A DNA stretch of 63,135 nt, filler included, from Sphingomonadaceae bacterium (GCA_050261575.1; 3 parts of 3 records of this genome joined end to end with filler, not necessarily neighbours in it), one strand, 5' to 3'. Shown: positions 1-10,578, counted from the first letter of the whole stretch. Notes: generated from the letters alone by a model not told the origin. Numbers and translations: made by a program.

Positions 1-224
1 TGCCTGCCCCTTCGCCGTTGCTTTCCGCCTGCTCTCCCCCTCACACACCGCGACTCAGTCTTCAGACCCCTCATTTCACCATCCCCACGCCCTGCCCCTA
101 TCCGAATCCACGGATTAGGGGCATCTCAAGTGGCAGTGAGTATTTAACCCGACTATGCTATACTCTCCCACCGCACCAGGATGATCGACCTTCCTCAATT
201 CGTGAGCTTCGAGGTGGAGCAGAG

Positions 225-1466
225 TTGGCTGAGCGTGTTGTGGTCACCGGCTTGGGGGCCGTCACCCCACTTGGCAACGACGTGGAGAGCAGTTGGGCGG
301 CCCTCGTGGCCGGGCGGTCCGGCATCGACTCGATCCGGTCCTTCGATGCCTCGGGCTTATCCACCCGGATCGCGGGGGAGGTCAAGGACTTCGATGCCGC
401 GGCCTCGGTCGGCACCAAAGAAGCGCGCCGCATGGACCGCTTCGTTCAGTTCGCCGTGGCGGCGGCTAAGGAGGCGTTACGCGATGCCGATCTCAAGATC
501 GATGCATCCAACGCCGAGACCGTTGGCGTCCTGATGGGCTCTGGCATCGGGGGCATCGCCACCCTGATGGAGCAGTCGAGAGTGTTGGAGAGCAGGGGAC
601 CCGATCGGGTGAGCCCCCTCCTGATCCCGATGATGATAGTCGACATGGTCGCTGGCCAGACGGCGATCCATACCGGGGCCAAGGGGCCAAACTTCTCCGT
701 AGTCTCTGCCTGCGCCACCAGCGCCCACTGTATCGGCGAAGCCTTCGAAATGATCCGCAGGGGCGACGCCGCGGTGGTGATCGCGGGCGGAACCGAGGCC
801 CCCATCCTGCCAATCGGACTGGCCGGTTTCGGATCCATGCGGGCGCTGTCCACGCGCAACGACGAGCCCCAACGAGCAAGCCGCCCCTTCGACGTGGAGC
901 GGGACGGGTTCGTGATGGCCGAAGGTGGGGCGGTGATGATCCTCGAGTCGCTCAGCCACGCCCTGGAGCGAGGAGCCAGGATATATGCCGAGATGAAGGG
1001 CTACGGGGCCACCGGCGATGCCTACCACATTACAGCCCCCTCGGAGGGCGGCGAGGGAGCCACACGCGCCATGGCTATCGCCCTGCGCAAGGCCGGACTG
1101 GCCCCGGAGGATGTGGACTACATCAACGCCCACGGCACGTCCACGCCCCTCAACGACAAGCTGGAAACCCTCGCGATAAAGAACCTTTTCGGCCCGCGAG
1201 CTTACGACGTCGCCATCAGCTCCACCAAGTCGATGACCGGGCACCTGCTGGGCGCTGCCGGCGCCGTGGAGGCGATGGTGTGCGTCAAGGTCATCGTGCA
1301 CTCGGTGATTCCGCCGACGATCAATCTCGAGCACCCCGACCCCGAGTGCGACCTGGACTACGTGCCCAACGTCGCCAGGGAGACGCAGGTTCGGGTGGCC
1401 ATGTCCAACTCCCTCGGCTTCGGCGGCCACAACGCCACACTGCTTTTCACTCGGTTCGAGAGGTAG
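225..1466 (+). CDS. fabF: 3-oxoacyl-ACP synthase II
   Basis: RVVVTGLG N-terminus, SACATS catalytic Cys, [33 protein letters not shown] start at 225 after GAGGTGG RBS (track start at 18 is too long). Confidence 0.95.
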   Translation: MAERVVVTGLGAVTPLGNDVESSWAALVAGRSGIDSIRSFDASGLSTRIAGEVKDFDAAASVGTKEARRMDRFVQFAVAAAKEALRDADLKIDASNAETVGVLMGSGIGGIATLMEQSRVLESRGPDRVSPLLIPMMIVDMVAGQTAIHTGAKGPNFSVVSACATSAHCIGEAFEMIRRGDAAVVIAGGTEAPILPIGLAGFGSMRALSTRNDEPQRASRPFDVERDGFVMAEGGAVMILESLSHALERGARIYAEMKGYGATGDAYHITAPSEGGEGATRAMAIALRKAGLAPEDVDYINAHGTSTPLNDKLETLAIKNLFGPRAYDVAISSTKSMTGHLLGAAGAVEAMVCVKVIVHSVIPPTINLEHPDPECDLDYVPNVARETQVRVAMSNSLGFGGHNATLLFTRFER

Positions 1467-1569
1467 CCCACAATAGGGGACTGGGCCCGGGGCCCTGGGA
1501 GGATCAGGACTCATCACTCAGGACCCAGCAGACAGCGCCCATTACTCTGCACTGAACTTGGAAGAGAGC

Positions 1570-2034
1570 ATGGCTGAACCTGGCGACTGGATATCTGTCC
1601 TCAACGGGATCATCCGACAAATGTCGACAGCCGGTGTCACCGAGCTCGAGGTGCACCGGGGCGATCTCCGGCTGCGGCTGCGCCGCTCCCCGGGTGAGGT
1701 AGCTCCGCGTGCCACTGGGCTCACGCCCGCCCCCGAGCCCCTCGCGGAGGATCGAGCTGGCCTTCACCGGATCTGCGCGCCTCTCACAGGCGTGTTCTAC
1801 ACGTCCCCCAATCCAACAAGCAAACCTTACGTCGCCGAGGGCGACTGGCTGGAGCCGGACTCCGTTGTGGGGCTCATCGAGACCATGAAGGTCTTCAACG
1901 AGGTGGTCGCCGACTGTCGGGGACGCGTAACCGCGATCATGGCAAAGCAGGGGCAGTTGGTCCACACCGGGGAGCCGCTGATGTTGGTCGACCTCACCGT
2001 TGCTCCAGATCACTCCGACGAGGTGAGACCGTGA
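1570..2034 (+). CDS. accB: Biotin carboxyl carrier protein
   Basis: ICAPLTGVFY, ETMKVFNEV biotinylation motif, C-terminal GEPL; lies between fabF and fabH. Confidence 0.85.
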   Translation: MAEPGDWISVLNGIIRQMSTAGVTELEVHRGDLRLRLRRSPGEVAPRATGLTPAPEPLAEDRAGLHRICAPLTGVFYTSPNPTSKPYVAEGDWLEPDSVVGLIETMKVFNEVVADCRGRVTAIMAKQGQLVHTGEPLMLVDLTVAPDHSDEVRP

Positions 2035-3023
2035 GCATACACGTGGAAATCGCTGGCTGGGGGAAGTGCCTGCCATCCCAGATCCTCTCCAACTACGATC
2101 TGGAGAAGATGGTGGACACCTCCGACGAGTGGATACGGAGCCGCAGCGGGATCTCCGAACGGCGGGTGATATCCGAGGAGGAGAGCACCTCCACGATAGC
2201 CACCGCTGCCGCCGAAGAGGCCCTCGAGCGGGCCGGCATCTCCGCCTCCGACGTGGACTTGATCATCTTGGCGACTGTGACCCCCGACTATCCCGGCCTC
2301 CCCGCGAGTGCCTCCCTGATACAGCACGCCCTTGGGGCCTCCAAGGCGGGGGCGCTCGACTTGGTAGCGGGCTGCTCCGGCTTCGTCTACGGGCTCGTGA
2401 CGGCCGCGCAGTTCATCCTCGCCGGTGCCTACCGAAACGTCCTGGTCATCGGCGCCGAGGCGCTCTCCAGGATCGTCGACTGGAAGGATCGCTCCACCTG
2501 CGTCCTCTTCGGCGACGGCGCGGGGGCTGTGGTCCTGCGAGCCACCGATCGCGAGGGTGGGCTCCTCTCCTTCGCGCTGGGCTCCGATGGCTCGGGCCAC
2601 CACCACCTCATCATCCCCGCGGGTGGTAGCCGGATGCCCACCAACCACGAGACGGTGGAGAAGCGACTTCACCACCTGAAGATGAACGGGCGAGAGGTCT
2701 TCAAGTTCGCCTCCAGGATACTCCCCAGGGTTTTCCACGAGACGCTGGAGAAGGCGAGGGTGAAGGCCGAGGAGGTGGACCTCCTGATCCCGCACCAGGC
2801 GAACATGCGGATCATCGACTCCGCGAGGGAGAGCCTGGCCATCTCCGAGGATGCCGTCTACGTCAACGTCAATCGCTACGGCAACACCTCGGCTGCATCC
2901 ATTCCGGTGGCCCTGTGTGAGGCGATAGCAGAGGGGAAGGTGAAACCCGGCGCGCTCCTCGCCTTCGTGGCCTTTGGCGCCGGCCTAACCTGGGCTGCGG
3001 CCCTTTGGCGATGGCGCAAGTAG
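2031..3023 (+). CDS. fabH: 3-oxoacyl-ACP synthase III
   Basis: DTSDEWI, AGCSGF (Cys), LFGDGAGA, PHQAN, YGNTSAAS, FGAGLTW. Confidence 0.95.
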   Translation: MSIHVEIAGWGKCLPSQILSNYDLEKMVDTSDEWIRSRSGISERRVISEEESTSTIATAAAEEALERAGISASDVDLIILATVTPDYPGLPASASLIQHALGASKAGALDLVAGCSGFVYGLVTAAQFILAGAYRNVLVIGAEALSRIVDWKDRSTCVLFGDGAGAVVLRATDREGGLLSFALGSDGSGHHHLIIPAGGSRMPTNHETVEKRLHHLKMNGREVFKFASRILPRVFHETLEKARVKAEEVDLLIPHQANMRIIDSARESLAISEDAVYVNVNRYGNTSAASIPVALCEAIAEGKVKPGALLAFVAFGAGLTWAAALWRWRK

Positions 3024-3046
3024 CCCCGCGGAGGCACCGCCAGCCG

Positions 3047-3418
3047 CTACAGGGCGCCTGCCAGCACCCGCACTAGCCGAGGGCCGAACAGCAGCAAACC
3101 CACAACGATGGCCGCTGTGGCCGTCACCAGCACGGCCCCGGCGGCCACGTCTTTGGCGGCGCCTATCAGGTGATTGTGATCCGGGCACACTGCGTCGGCC
3201 AGGGCCTCGATGGCGGTGTTCAGCATCTCCGTGGCGATGACTAGACCGATGGTCAGCACCAGCACCGCCCACTCGAGAGGCGTCGCCCTCAGCCAGAATC
3301 CCAGACCGACCACGGCCAGGCCGATCGTGAGGTGGATTCGAGCATTGCGTTGCGAGCCCAAGGTGTGAAGTACGCCCCGGAAGGCATCCCGGAAGCTGCT
3401 CGATAGGGGCCGATGCAT
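3047..3418 (-). CDS. dgkA: Diacylglycerol/undecaprenol kinase family protein
   Basis: EMLNTAIEALAD and AKDVAAGAVL motifs, hydrophobic segments, downstream of ybeY. Confidence 0.9.
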   Translation of the reverse strand: MHRPLSSSFRDAFRGVLHTLGSQRNARIHLTIGLAVVGLGFWLRATPLEWAVLVLTIGLVIATEMLNTAIEALADAVCPDHNHLIGAAKDVAAGAVLVTATAAIVVGLLLFGPRLVRVLAGAL

Positions 3419-3915
3419 TACCTCCCCAACCCCATCCGCTGCAACACCGCCTCCTCCTCGGACCTCATCCGCTCGGCTTGAACGGGGTCCTCGTGGTCGT
3501 ATCCCAGCAGGTGCATCATCCCGTGGATCGCCAGGAACGCCAGCTCCCTCTCCAGGGAGTGGCCGTACTCTCGGGCCTGTTCCACGGCCCTGGGGTAGGA
3601 GATCACTATGTCGCCGAGGGGAAGAGGCTCGGCCGGGGGCAGGGGAAACTGGAGCCCGGGCATCTCGGGACTCTCGTACTCCTGGAGAGGAAAGGATAGC
3701 ACGTCTGTAGGGGAATCGATCCCTCGGTAGCGGTGGTTCAACTCCCGAATCTCCTCGTCGTCGGTGATCACCAGCCCGACGGCCACAGAGCTAGCCAGGC
3801 CCCTCCCCACCAGCGCTTCGGCCAGCACCGATTCCAGCAGCTTCCGGTCTACCGCCTCCTCGAGGGACTTCTTGATCTCCCACTCCACCTCTACCTGCGG
3901 GGCACGCTTAGACAT
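3418..3915 (-). CDS. ybeY: rRNA maturation endoribonuclease YbeY
   Basis: LNHRYRGIDSPTDVLSFP, GDIVIS, HGMMHLLGYDH. ATG at 3915 overlaps the upstream stop. Confidence 0.93.
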   Translation of the reverse strand: MSKRAPQVEVEWEIKKSLEEAVDRKLLESVLAEALVGRGLASSVAVGLVITDDEEIRELNHRYRGIDSPTDVLSFPLQEYESPEMPGLQFPLPPAEPLPLGDIVISYPRAVEQAREYGHSLERELAFLAIHGMMHLLGYDHEDPVQAERMRSEEEAVLQRMGLGR

Positions 3916-6085
3916 GGGCCTCCCTTGCCGCCTGGGGAGCTTCCCCCAGCGGCTCATTCTCTTCGGCGTCCCCCACAGGCAGAGCCGCGGGGTACTCGAT
4001 CCTGGGGTGGTACATTCCCATCAGGATCGAGATGAAGGCGCTCTTGATCTCCTCCATGTCCCGCATAGTGAGATCGCACTCGTCCAACTGTCCCTCGGCG
4101 ACACGCTCATCCACCACCTTGCGAACCAGGGTCGCCACCACCTCCGGCGAATGGTCCTTAGCCGCCCGAACCACCGCCTCCACCGAGTCCGCCAGCATCA
4201 CGATGGCGGTCTCCTTGCTGTGGGGCCGAGGCCCCGGGTAGGCGTACTGGGAGGCATCCACCTGACCGTCTCCCTCGCGAGACGCCTGGTTGAAGAAGTA
4301 GGTCACCAGACGGGTCCCATGGTGCTCGCAGATGAACTCCCGAACCCTGGGGGGCAGCTTGTACTTCTCCGCCAACTCCAGCCCATCCTTCACGTGGGCC
4401 GCCACGATCCTGGCGCTGGTCTGGGGATCGAGGGTGTCGTGGACGTTCTTGCCATCGAACTGGTTCTCGATGAAGAAGTATGGTCTGGCCAGCTTGCCGA
4501 TATCGTGGTAGTAGGCGCCCACTCGCACCAGCAGCGGATCCGCCCCCACCCGCTCCGCTGCCCGCTCGGCCAGGTTCCCCACCATAATGCTGTGGTGGTA
4601 GGTGCCCGGGGCTTCGTTCAGCAGCCGACGCAGTAGCGGCTGGGTCGGATCGGACAGCTCCAGCAGTTGCATGGTAGTGGTTATGCCGAACATTCGCCCC
4701 AACAGGCTGAAGGTACCCACCGTGAGGGAGGAGGCGAGCAGGCCATTGACCAGCGACAGTCCCCCCATCAGGGCTAGCCCCGCCCAGTCCTCCTCCTTGG
4801 TCATGAGACGGAAGATGAGGATCACCCCGAAGCTGCCCAGGGCAACCATGCCCCCGGCCAGGAAGTAGGCGTGGAGCCGATCGCTGCGACGCACCCCCAG
4901 GACACCCAACACTGCCCCCACCACCCCGATGGCGGCCACCTCCAGGGAGTTGCTGGACACCGTAGCCACCATCAAGCTCAGCAGCACCGTGACCAGCATC
5001 GCCAACTGCCCCTCCAGCAGCGTGGCCAGCAGCATCGCCACCGCCGAGATGGGGAAGATGTAGGCCCAGTAGGGGCGACCGGGCAGCACCGCCTTCGCCG
5101 CCAGCACGGTGACAAGCATCACCAGCACCAACAGCAGCAGCCGCTTCTCATGCACCAGCAGCGAAGGCTCGAACACCCAGATGTACCCGGCCAGCAGCAC
5201 CACCACGATCAAAGCAAGGAGCGCCGAGGCCGAGATGGCGTGGTAATCGACCGCGGGATTCCGAAGCCCCAGGGCCTCCAGCTTCTCCAGGTCCGTGGCC
5301 CTGACCACGTCCCCTTCCCTGAGGATCACCTCGCCCTTCTCCACCGTCTTGCTGACGGGCTCGACGGCATCCTGAGCCTCCCGCCTGAGCCTCTCCGTCT
5401 CAGCCGGGTTGGGGGAGTAGTTCACCCGCGCGAACTGCCTCACAAACTCCGCTGCCAGATTCCGGTCCTCGTCACCCGACAGGGCGGCCAACCTCGCCGT
5501 CGCCTCCCCCTTCAGCCCTTGGAGCCGCTCGGCCGTAACCCTCTCGCTGAGCAGCTCGTACAAGACACGAGGGGCGTTGGTAGCCACCGTCTGCCATCGA
5601 GCGTCGTCCATCCGCAGGATGAGGGAGAGCATCTCGTCGGAGATCTCGAAGTCCAGCGATTTCTTGATGGTGCCCTTCTTGACGTCCAGGGACATCACAG
5701 TGTTGCCTCTCGTGGCACCGATGCTCTGCAGGACAGCCACCATCTTGTTCCGCTGCTGGGAGGCGACGCCCGGATCGAAGACGAAAACCTCCTGGACGCT
5801 GTTGGCCGCCCGCTCCCGCTCGGCCTTGGTCTCGATGGCCGAGACGTACTGGGTCCGCTTCGGCGCCCGGATGTTGCTGGGGGTTACGTCGCCTTCGTGG
5901 AGCTCGTACCGGCTCGGGAGAAGATGCACCGAAAGGATGAAGGTCAGTCCGGCCGCGAGCCCCACCATGAGCAGGACGAGGCGCACAATCCTCTGGCTAT
6001 CCAGAATGGGCCGGCCACGGGGCACGAAGGTGTCTCGCAAGGCCACTATCGAACCACCCTCCTCTGCCGCAATCGGCAGCATCAC
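3908..6085 (-). CDS. 7TM-HD (HDIG) phosphohydrolase, PgpH-like cyclic-di-AMP phosphodiesterase family
   Basis: Extracellular domain, 7TM region, APGTYHHS, YYHDIGK, EHHGT, MLADSVEA; conserved context with ybeY/dgkA. True start may be GTG 6046. Confidence 0.88.
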   Translation of the reverse strand: MMLPIAAEEGGSIVALRDTFVPRGRPILDSQRIVRLVLLMVGLAAGLTFILSVHLLPSRYELHEGDVTPSNIRAPKRTQYVSAIETKAERERAANSVQEVFVFDPGVASQQRNKMVAVLQSIGATRGNTVMSLDVKKGTIKKSLDFEISDEMLSLILRMDDARWQTVATNAPRVLYELLSERVTAERLQGLKGEATARLAALSGDEDRNLAAEFVRQFARVNYSPNPAETERLRREAQDAVEPVSKTVEKGEVILREGDVVRATDLEKLEALGLRNPAVDYHAISASALLALIVVVLLAGYIWVFEPSLLVHEKRLLLLVLVMLVTVLAAKAVLPGRPYWAYIFPISAVAMLLATLLEGQLAMLVTVLLSLMVATVSSNSLEVAAIGVVGAVLGVLGVRRSDRLHAYFLAGGMVALGSFGVILIFRLMTKEEDWAGLALMGGLSLVNGLLASSLTVGTFSLLGRMFGITTTMQLLELSDPTQPLLRRLLNEAPGTYHHSIMVGNLAERAAERVGADPLLVRVGAYYHDIGKLARPYFFIENQFDGKNVHDTLDPQTSARIVAAHVKDGLELAEKYKLPPRVREFICEHHGTRLVTYFFNQASREGDGQVDASQYAYPGPRPHSKETAIVMLADSVEAVVRAAKDHSPEVVATLVRKVVDERVAEGQLDECDLTMRDMEEIKSAFISILMGMYHPRIEYPAALPVGDAEENEPLGEAPQAAREAHV

Positions 6086-6188
6086 CGCGATCTGCTACTA
6101 CGACTCGCCGGGGCATCCAGGCCACCCTAGGTACAGCACAGGCACTTTGCCGGAGTCCCTGCCGACGTGCCTGCACAACCAAAAGATA

Positions 6189-6632
6189 TCACGAGAGCAG
6201 CCCGCGCACCACCTCACCGATGAGCCGCCCCTCGGCGCGACCCTTCAACTGGGGTGCCAGCTTCGACATCACCTTGCCGTAGTCCCCAGGTCCCTTGGCT
6301 CCCACCTGTGCGATGGTGGCCTTGGCAGCCTCGACGATCTCCTCCCGAGACATCTGCTGCGGCATGTAGGAGAGAAGGACCTCTAGCTCCTCCTGCTCCT
6401 TGGCAGCCAGATCGGGCCGGTTCCCTTTGTTGAACGCCTCGATGGACTCGCGCCGCTGCTTCACCTGACGGGCAAACACGTCTAGGATCTCCTCGTCGCT
6501 CAGCGGTCTGCCCTTCGCAATGGCCTCGTTGGCTACGGCTGCGCGCGCCATGCGAATGGTGGACACCCGTACCTCCTGACGCTTTCTCATCGCGTCTTTG
6601 AGGTCTTCCATCAATCGCTCATTCAAGCTCAT
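6189..6632 (-). CDS. GatB/YqeY domain protein
   Basis: MSLNERLMEDLKDAM, KQRRESIEAF, YMPQQMS, GKVM...LKGRAEG pattern. Confidence 0.92.
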   Translation of the reverse strand: MSLNERLMEDLKDAMRKRQEVRVSTIRMARAAVANEAIAKGRPLSDEEILDVFARQVKQRRESIEAFNKGNRPDLAAKEQEELEVLLSYMPQQMSREEIVEAAKATIAQVGAKGPGDYGKVMSKLAPQLKGRAEGRLIGEVVRGLLS

Positions 6633-6754
6633 CTCTCAATGCCTCCGCTCATTCTTCGGATTATAGGTATCCGTGCGAAAGCGAGTCAAGGAATTGCCGC
6701 CCCTAGGGGTGCGTGCTATGATCCGGCTGAGCAACCTGCACGAAGGAGTTCCCC

Positions 6755-8023
6755 GTGGTCGAGGTCGCCGTTCCCTACGGGAAAACCCAACTCCGCTTTC
6801 ACCTCCCCGACACCAGCCAGCTCACGTTCGTCGAGCCCGTGTCCGCGCCCCCGGCTCCGGATCAGTCCGCGGAGGTGGCCCGCGCGTTGGACGAGGCGCT
6901 CGCCCGGCATCCGCTGCCAGCGGGGAAGAGCACCGTGGTTGTGGTGAGCGACGGAACCCGGCCCGTCCCCAACACCACCATCCTCCCCGTGCTGCTGGAA
7001 CGGCTGGAGGCCGCAGGGATACCTCGAGAAGGGATCACCCTGCTGGTGGCGACCGGGCTTCACCGCCCCACCCGGGAGTCCGAACTCCCTGCCCTGCTGG
7101 GCGAGGAGACCTGCCGCCGCTATCGCGTGGCCGTCCACGATGCGCGGGACCGCGACCGGCTGGCGAGGGTCGGCACCACCTCCCGCGGGACCCCCGTGTG
7201 GGTCAACCGGCTCTACCTGGAGAGCGATGTCAGGGTCCTGACCGGGATGATCGAGCCCCACCAGTTCGTGGGCTTCACCGGCGGGGCCAAGAGCGTCGCT
7301 ATCGGCCTGGCGGGAGAGGAGACGATCGAAGGCAACCACGCGCTGCTCCAGGATCCGAGGTCCCAGATCGGGGTGTACGAGGGCAACCCCGCCAGGGAGG
7401 AGATGGAGGAGATCCTGGACCTGGTGGGAGCAGATCTCGCGCTCAACGTGATCTTGAACAACCAGAAGCAGATCGTCGCCGCCCTGGCCGGCCACCCTCG
7501 AGATGTGGAGAGGGCGGGCGTCAGACTATCGGCCAGGATCTGCCAGGTAGCGGTGCCCCACCCCTTCGACATCGTCATCGCCTCCCCAGGCGGCTTCCCC
7601 AAGGATCTGGAGGTGTATCAGGCCCAGAAGGCCGTGGCCCACGCGGCCATCGCCGTGCGGGAGGGCGGGACCATCATCCTGGTGGCGGAGTGCCCCGAGG
7701 GGGCTGGGGATACCAGATTCGAGGAGTACATGGCGCAGGCCACCAGCCCGCGCGACGTGATCGAGCGGTTCCGGCGGGAGCGCTTCCGGATGGGGGTCCA
7801 CAAGGCATTCCTGCTGGCGCGCAGCATGGTGAAGGCCCGGGTGCTCCTGGTCTCCGACCGGCTGCCCGAGGAGTTGGGGCGGAAGCTGCTGTTCGAGCAG
7901 CACGCCACGGTGGGGAGCGCCCTTCGCAGCGCCCTCGCCCGACACGGCCAGTCCGCCACCATCGCCGTCATGCCGAAAGCATCGTCAACGATACCGAGGA
8001 TAGAGGAGCGCAGCCAATGGTGA
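6755..8023 (+). CDS. Nickel-pincer-dependent lactate racemase (LarA) family racemase/epimerase
   Basis: SDGTRP, ATGLHR, IEPHQFVGFTGGAKS, NH, SPGGFPKDLEVYQAQKA, AECPEGAG. Confidence 0.88.
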   Translation: MVEVAVPYGKTQLRFHLPDTSQLTFVEPVSAPPAPDQSAEVARALDEALARHPLPAGKSTVVVVSDGTRPVPNTTILPVLLERLEAAGIPREGITLLVATGLHRPTRESELPALLGEETCRRYRVAVHDARDRDRLARVGTTSRGTPVWVNRLYLESDVRVLTGMIEPHQFVGFTGGAKSVAIGLAGEETIEGNHALLQDPRSQIGVYEGNPAREEMEEILDLVGADLALNVILNNQKQIVAALAGHPRDVERAGVRLSARICQVAVPHPFDIVIASPGGFPKDLEVYQAQKAVAHAAIAVREGGTIILVAECPEGAGDTRFEEYMAQATSPRDVIERFRRERFRMGVHKAFLLARSMVKARVLLVSDRLPEELGRKLLFEQHATVGSALRSALARHGQSATIAVMPKASSTIPRIEERSQW

Positions 8024-8994
8024 GCCTTGCCGACATGATGAAGGGTGCCAGGACGTTGGTGGGCCCCTGCACCAACGTGCAGCCAGGCGAGAGTGTCCTG
8101 ATAGTCACGGACAAGCCGATGGCCTCCATCGCGGAGGCGCTGGCCGCGGCAGCCAAGGAGCGCACAGCCGAGCCCGTGATCGCCATCATCGACCAGCGGA
8201 CCTCCGACTCTACGGAGCCTCCGAGGCCGGTGGCCGAGGCGATGAAGGCGGCCAACGTGATCTTCAGCGCGGTCAGCATCTCCATCACCCACACCCGGGC
8301 CGTCAAGGAGGCCGTGGCCGCCGGGGCCCGCGCCATCGTGATGACGGCCGTGACCGAGGAGATGATGGTCTCCGGAGGGCTCGAAGCCGATTTCTCCCAG
8401 GTCCAGGCCAACTGCAGGGCCGTTGGCGAGCGGATGGCGAGGGCGAAAGCCGTTCACATCACCAGCAGGGAGGGCACCGACCTCACCTTCCGGGTGGAGG
8501 GGCGTCGGGTCAACGTGATGCCCTGCGTGGTCGAGCCCGGCCAGTTCTCTCCAGCCCCCACCGCCGAGGTGAACTTCTCCCCCATCGAGGGAACCGCCAA
8601 CGGCGTCATCGTGGCCGACGCCAGCATCCCCTATCTAGGTATCGGGCTGCTGAAGAAGCCGGTCCGCTTCGCGGTGCGCGACGGGTTCATCGTGAGCGTG
8701 GACGGCGGCGACCCCGAGCAGGTGGCTAAGCTGAAGGCCGCCTGGGAGCAGCAGGCCGATCCCAACGTGTACAACGTCGCCGAGATGGGGATAGGTATGA
8801 ACCCGAAGTGCCGCTTCACCGGCATCATGCTAGAGGACGAGGGGGTGCTGGGAAGCATCCACATCGGCACCGGCACCAATATCACCCTTGGGGGAACGGT
8901 GAAGACCAAGAGCCACTACGACCTGATCATGAGCAAGCCGACCCTGAAGCTGGACGGCGAGGTCCTGATCGAGGACGGCAGGCTGAAGCTGTAG
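8017..8994 (+). CDS. AmpS/M29-like metallopeptidase family protein
   Basis: GTDLTF, P-x-AEV, IAE/VAEMGIGMNP, EDEGVLGSIHIGTG, HYDLI motifs. ATG 8017 with GAGGAG RBS overlaps the larA-like stop (track ORF from 6673 is overextended). Confidence 0.75.
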   Translation: MVSLADMMKGARTLVGPCTNVQPGESVLIVTDKPMASIAEALAAAAKERTAEPVIAIIDQRTSDSTEPPRPVAEAMKAANVIFSAVSISITHTRAVKEAVAAGARAIVMTAVTEEMMVSGGLEADFSQVQANCRAVGERMARAKAVHITSREGTDLTFRVEGRRVNVMPCVVEPGQFSPAPTAEVNFSPIEGTANGVIVADASIPYLGIGLLKKPVRFAVRDGFIVSVDGGDPEQVAKLKAAWEQQADPNVYNVAEMGIGMNPKCRFTGIMLEDEGVLGSIHIGTGTNITLGGTVKTKSHYDLIMSKPTLKLDGEVLIEDGRLKL

Positions 8995-9086
8995 GACGTA
9001 GTGCCTGGAGAGCGAGGCTCCGGCAGAGCCGGCCGGAAGGCAGGACCACGGCGGCTCGCCAGGAGGCTCGCCCTCCACCCTACCCG

Positions 9087-9647
9087 CTAACCCTCCTGAG
9101 TCGCCTCCATCTCCAGGAAGATGCGCACCTCGTCGCCCACCAACCAGCCGCCGGTCTCCAGCGCCACGTTCCAGTTCAGACCGAACTCCTTGCGATTGAT
9201 CGCCGTCTCGGCGCTGAAACCGGCCACCTGCTTGCCCCAGGGGTTCTTGCCGACCCCCGCGAAGGTGGCGTCCAGGGCCACCTCTCGGGTGACGTCTCGA
9301 ATCGTCAGATCGCCCACGATGCGGTACCGGCCCGCACCCAGCGGCTCGACGCGCTTGCTCCTGAAGAGGATGTGGGGGTATCGCTCCACGTCGAGGAAAT
9401 CGGGGGAGCGAAGGTGGGCGTCGCGATCGGCGCTCCTCGTGTCGATGCTGGCCGCGTCGATCCTGGCCTCCACCGACGAGAGCTCCGGGGCGGCGGGGTC
9501 GAAGTCCAGGTCGGCCTGGAACTGCGCGAAGCGCCCCCTGACCGTGGTGATGACCATGTGCTTGACGGCAAACTCCACGCTCGAATGTGCGTGGTCCATA
9601 ACCCAGGAGGATGTGGCTCTGCTTTCGTTCTCCAACAGCTCAGCCAT
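9087..9647 (-). CDS. YceI family lipid/polyisoprenoid-binding protein
   Basis: W..D.AHSSVEFAVKHM, SIDT...RDAHLRSPDFLD, GDLTIRDVTR, INRKEFGL. Confidence 0.93.
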   Translation of the reverse strand: MAELLENESRATSSWVMDHAHSSVEFAVKHMVITTVRGRFAQFQADLDFDPAAPELSSVEARIDAASIDTRSADRDAHLRSPDFLDVERYPHILFRSKRVEPLGAGRYRIVGDLTIRDVTREVALDATFAGVGKNPWGKQVAGFSAETAINRKEFGLNWNVALETGGWLVGDEVRIFLEMEATQEG

Positions 9648-9721
9648 GTGACTGCTCCCATGTTCCAGTGATGGCCGCCGGCGCCGCTATCGACCCGGCA
9701 GTAGGTTATCCTACGTAAGCG

Positions 9722-9772
9722 ACTATACGCAAGTTACTTACCATCGTCAAGTATCTCGGGGTTCGTTATAAT
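9722..9772. promoter_or_regulatory. Divergent yceI/hxlR promoters with palindromic operator
   Basis: Minus strand TTGACG-N17-TATAGT (9750-9722); TATAAT at 9767-9772 on plus; TACTT-N9-AAGTA palindrome at 9735-9753. Confidence 0.6.
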
Positions 9773-9831
9773 GCGCACGACGGCCGGGTATGGCCCGCGC
9801 ATTGCTCATTCGGGGGGAGAGGAGCGGTACC

Positions 9832-10173
9832 ATGGAGCATCTCTCGGAGTCCGAGGCCTTCTGCCCCTATTATCGCCAGGCGGTCGAGCTGATCGGCCGC
9901 AGATGGACGGGCGCCATCCTCAGGGCCCTGCTCAACGGCATCACCCGCTTCAGCGACCTCGCGGCTACCATCCCGGGCATCAGCGACCGGATGCTATCCG
10001 AGAGACTCAAGGAGCTGGAAACCGAGGGCCTGGTCGTCCGCACCGTCTTCCCCGAGACCCCGGTACGGATCGAGTACCGCCTCACCCCCAAGGGACGGGC
10101 CCTGGGCGACGTGATGGAAGCCGTCTCGGCCTGGGCTCACGAGTGGCTGGCGCAGCCGGCCGAGAGAGCGTAG
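9832..10173 (+). CDS. HxlR family transcriptional regulator
   Basis: FCP...AVELIGRRWTGAIL, RFSDL, ISDRMLSERLKELE, EYRLTPKG. Confidence 0.92.
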   Translation: MEHLSESEAFCPYYRQAVELIGRRWTGAILRALLNGITRFSDLAATIPGISDRMLSERLKELETEGLVVRTVFPETPVRIEYRLTPKGRALGDVMEAVSAWAHEWLAQPAERA

Positions 10174-10182
10174 AGCCAGCTC

Positions 10183-10578
10183 CTACGAGGCGGTGCTACC
10201 TCCCCTGGATAGCACGTACTCCAGGCGGCTCACGAGCTCGGCCGGGTCGAAAGGCTTCGTCACGAAACCGGCGACTCCCTCGCTGGCCAGATCCTCCACC
10301 TCCTCGAAGGCGAAGGCCGTTGCCACTATCAGCGGAACCCCCTTCCATCTGGGATCTCGCCGAAGCAGCCTGGCCAGCCTGAACCCGGACATGTTGGGAA
10401 GATTGAGGTCCAGGACGACGGCGTCGGCATCGTTGCCCTCCAGCACCTCGTACCCCTCCACCCCATCCCTGGCCGGGATCACGTCGTAGCCTGCCTGCTC
10501 CAGGTTCACCCTGATTATGTCGAGCATTTCCGGCTCGTCCTCTACCACCACCACCTGCGGTCGTCTCATCGCCTTCAC
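10183..10578 (-). CDS. Single-domain response regulator
   Basis: VVEDE, LDLNLPNMSG, TKPF receiver motifs. Confidence 0.88.
   Translation of the reverse strand: MKAMRRPQVVVVEDEPEMLDIIRVNLEQAGYDVIPARDGVEGYEVLEGNDADAVVLDLNLPNMSGFRLARLLRRDPRWKGVPLIVATAFAFEEVEDLASEGVAGFVTKPFDPAELVSRLEYVLSRGGSTAS

Noticed and set aside
6673..8994. 773-aa ORF suggesting a large fusion protein
   Set aside because: The N-terminal part is an off-frame shadow of the larA-like gene; the real gene starts at ATG 8017 with its own RBS.
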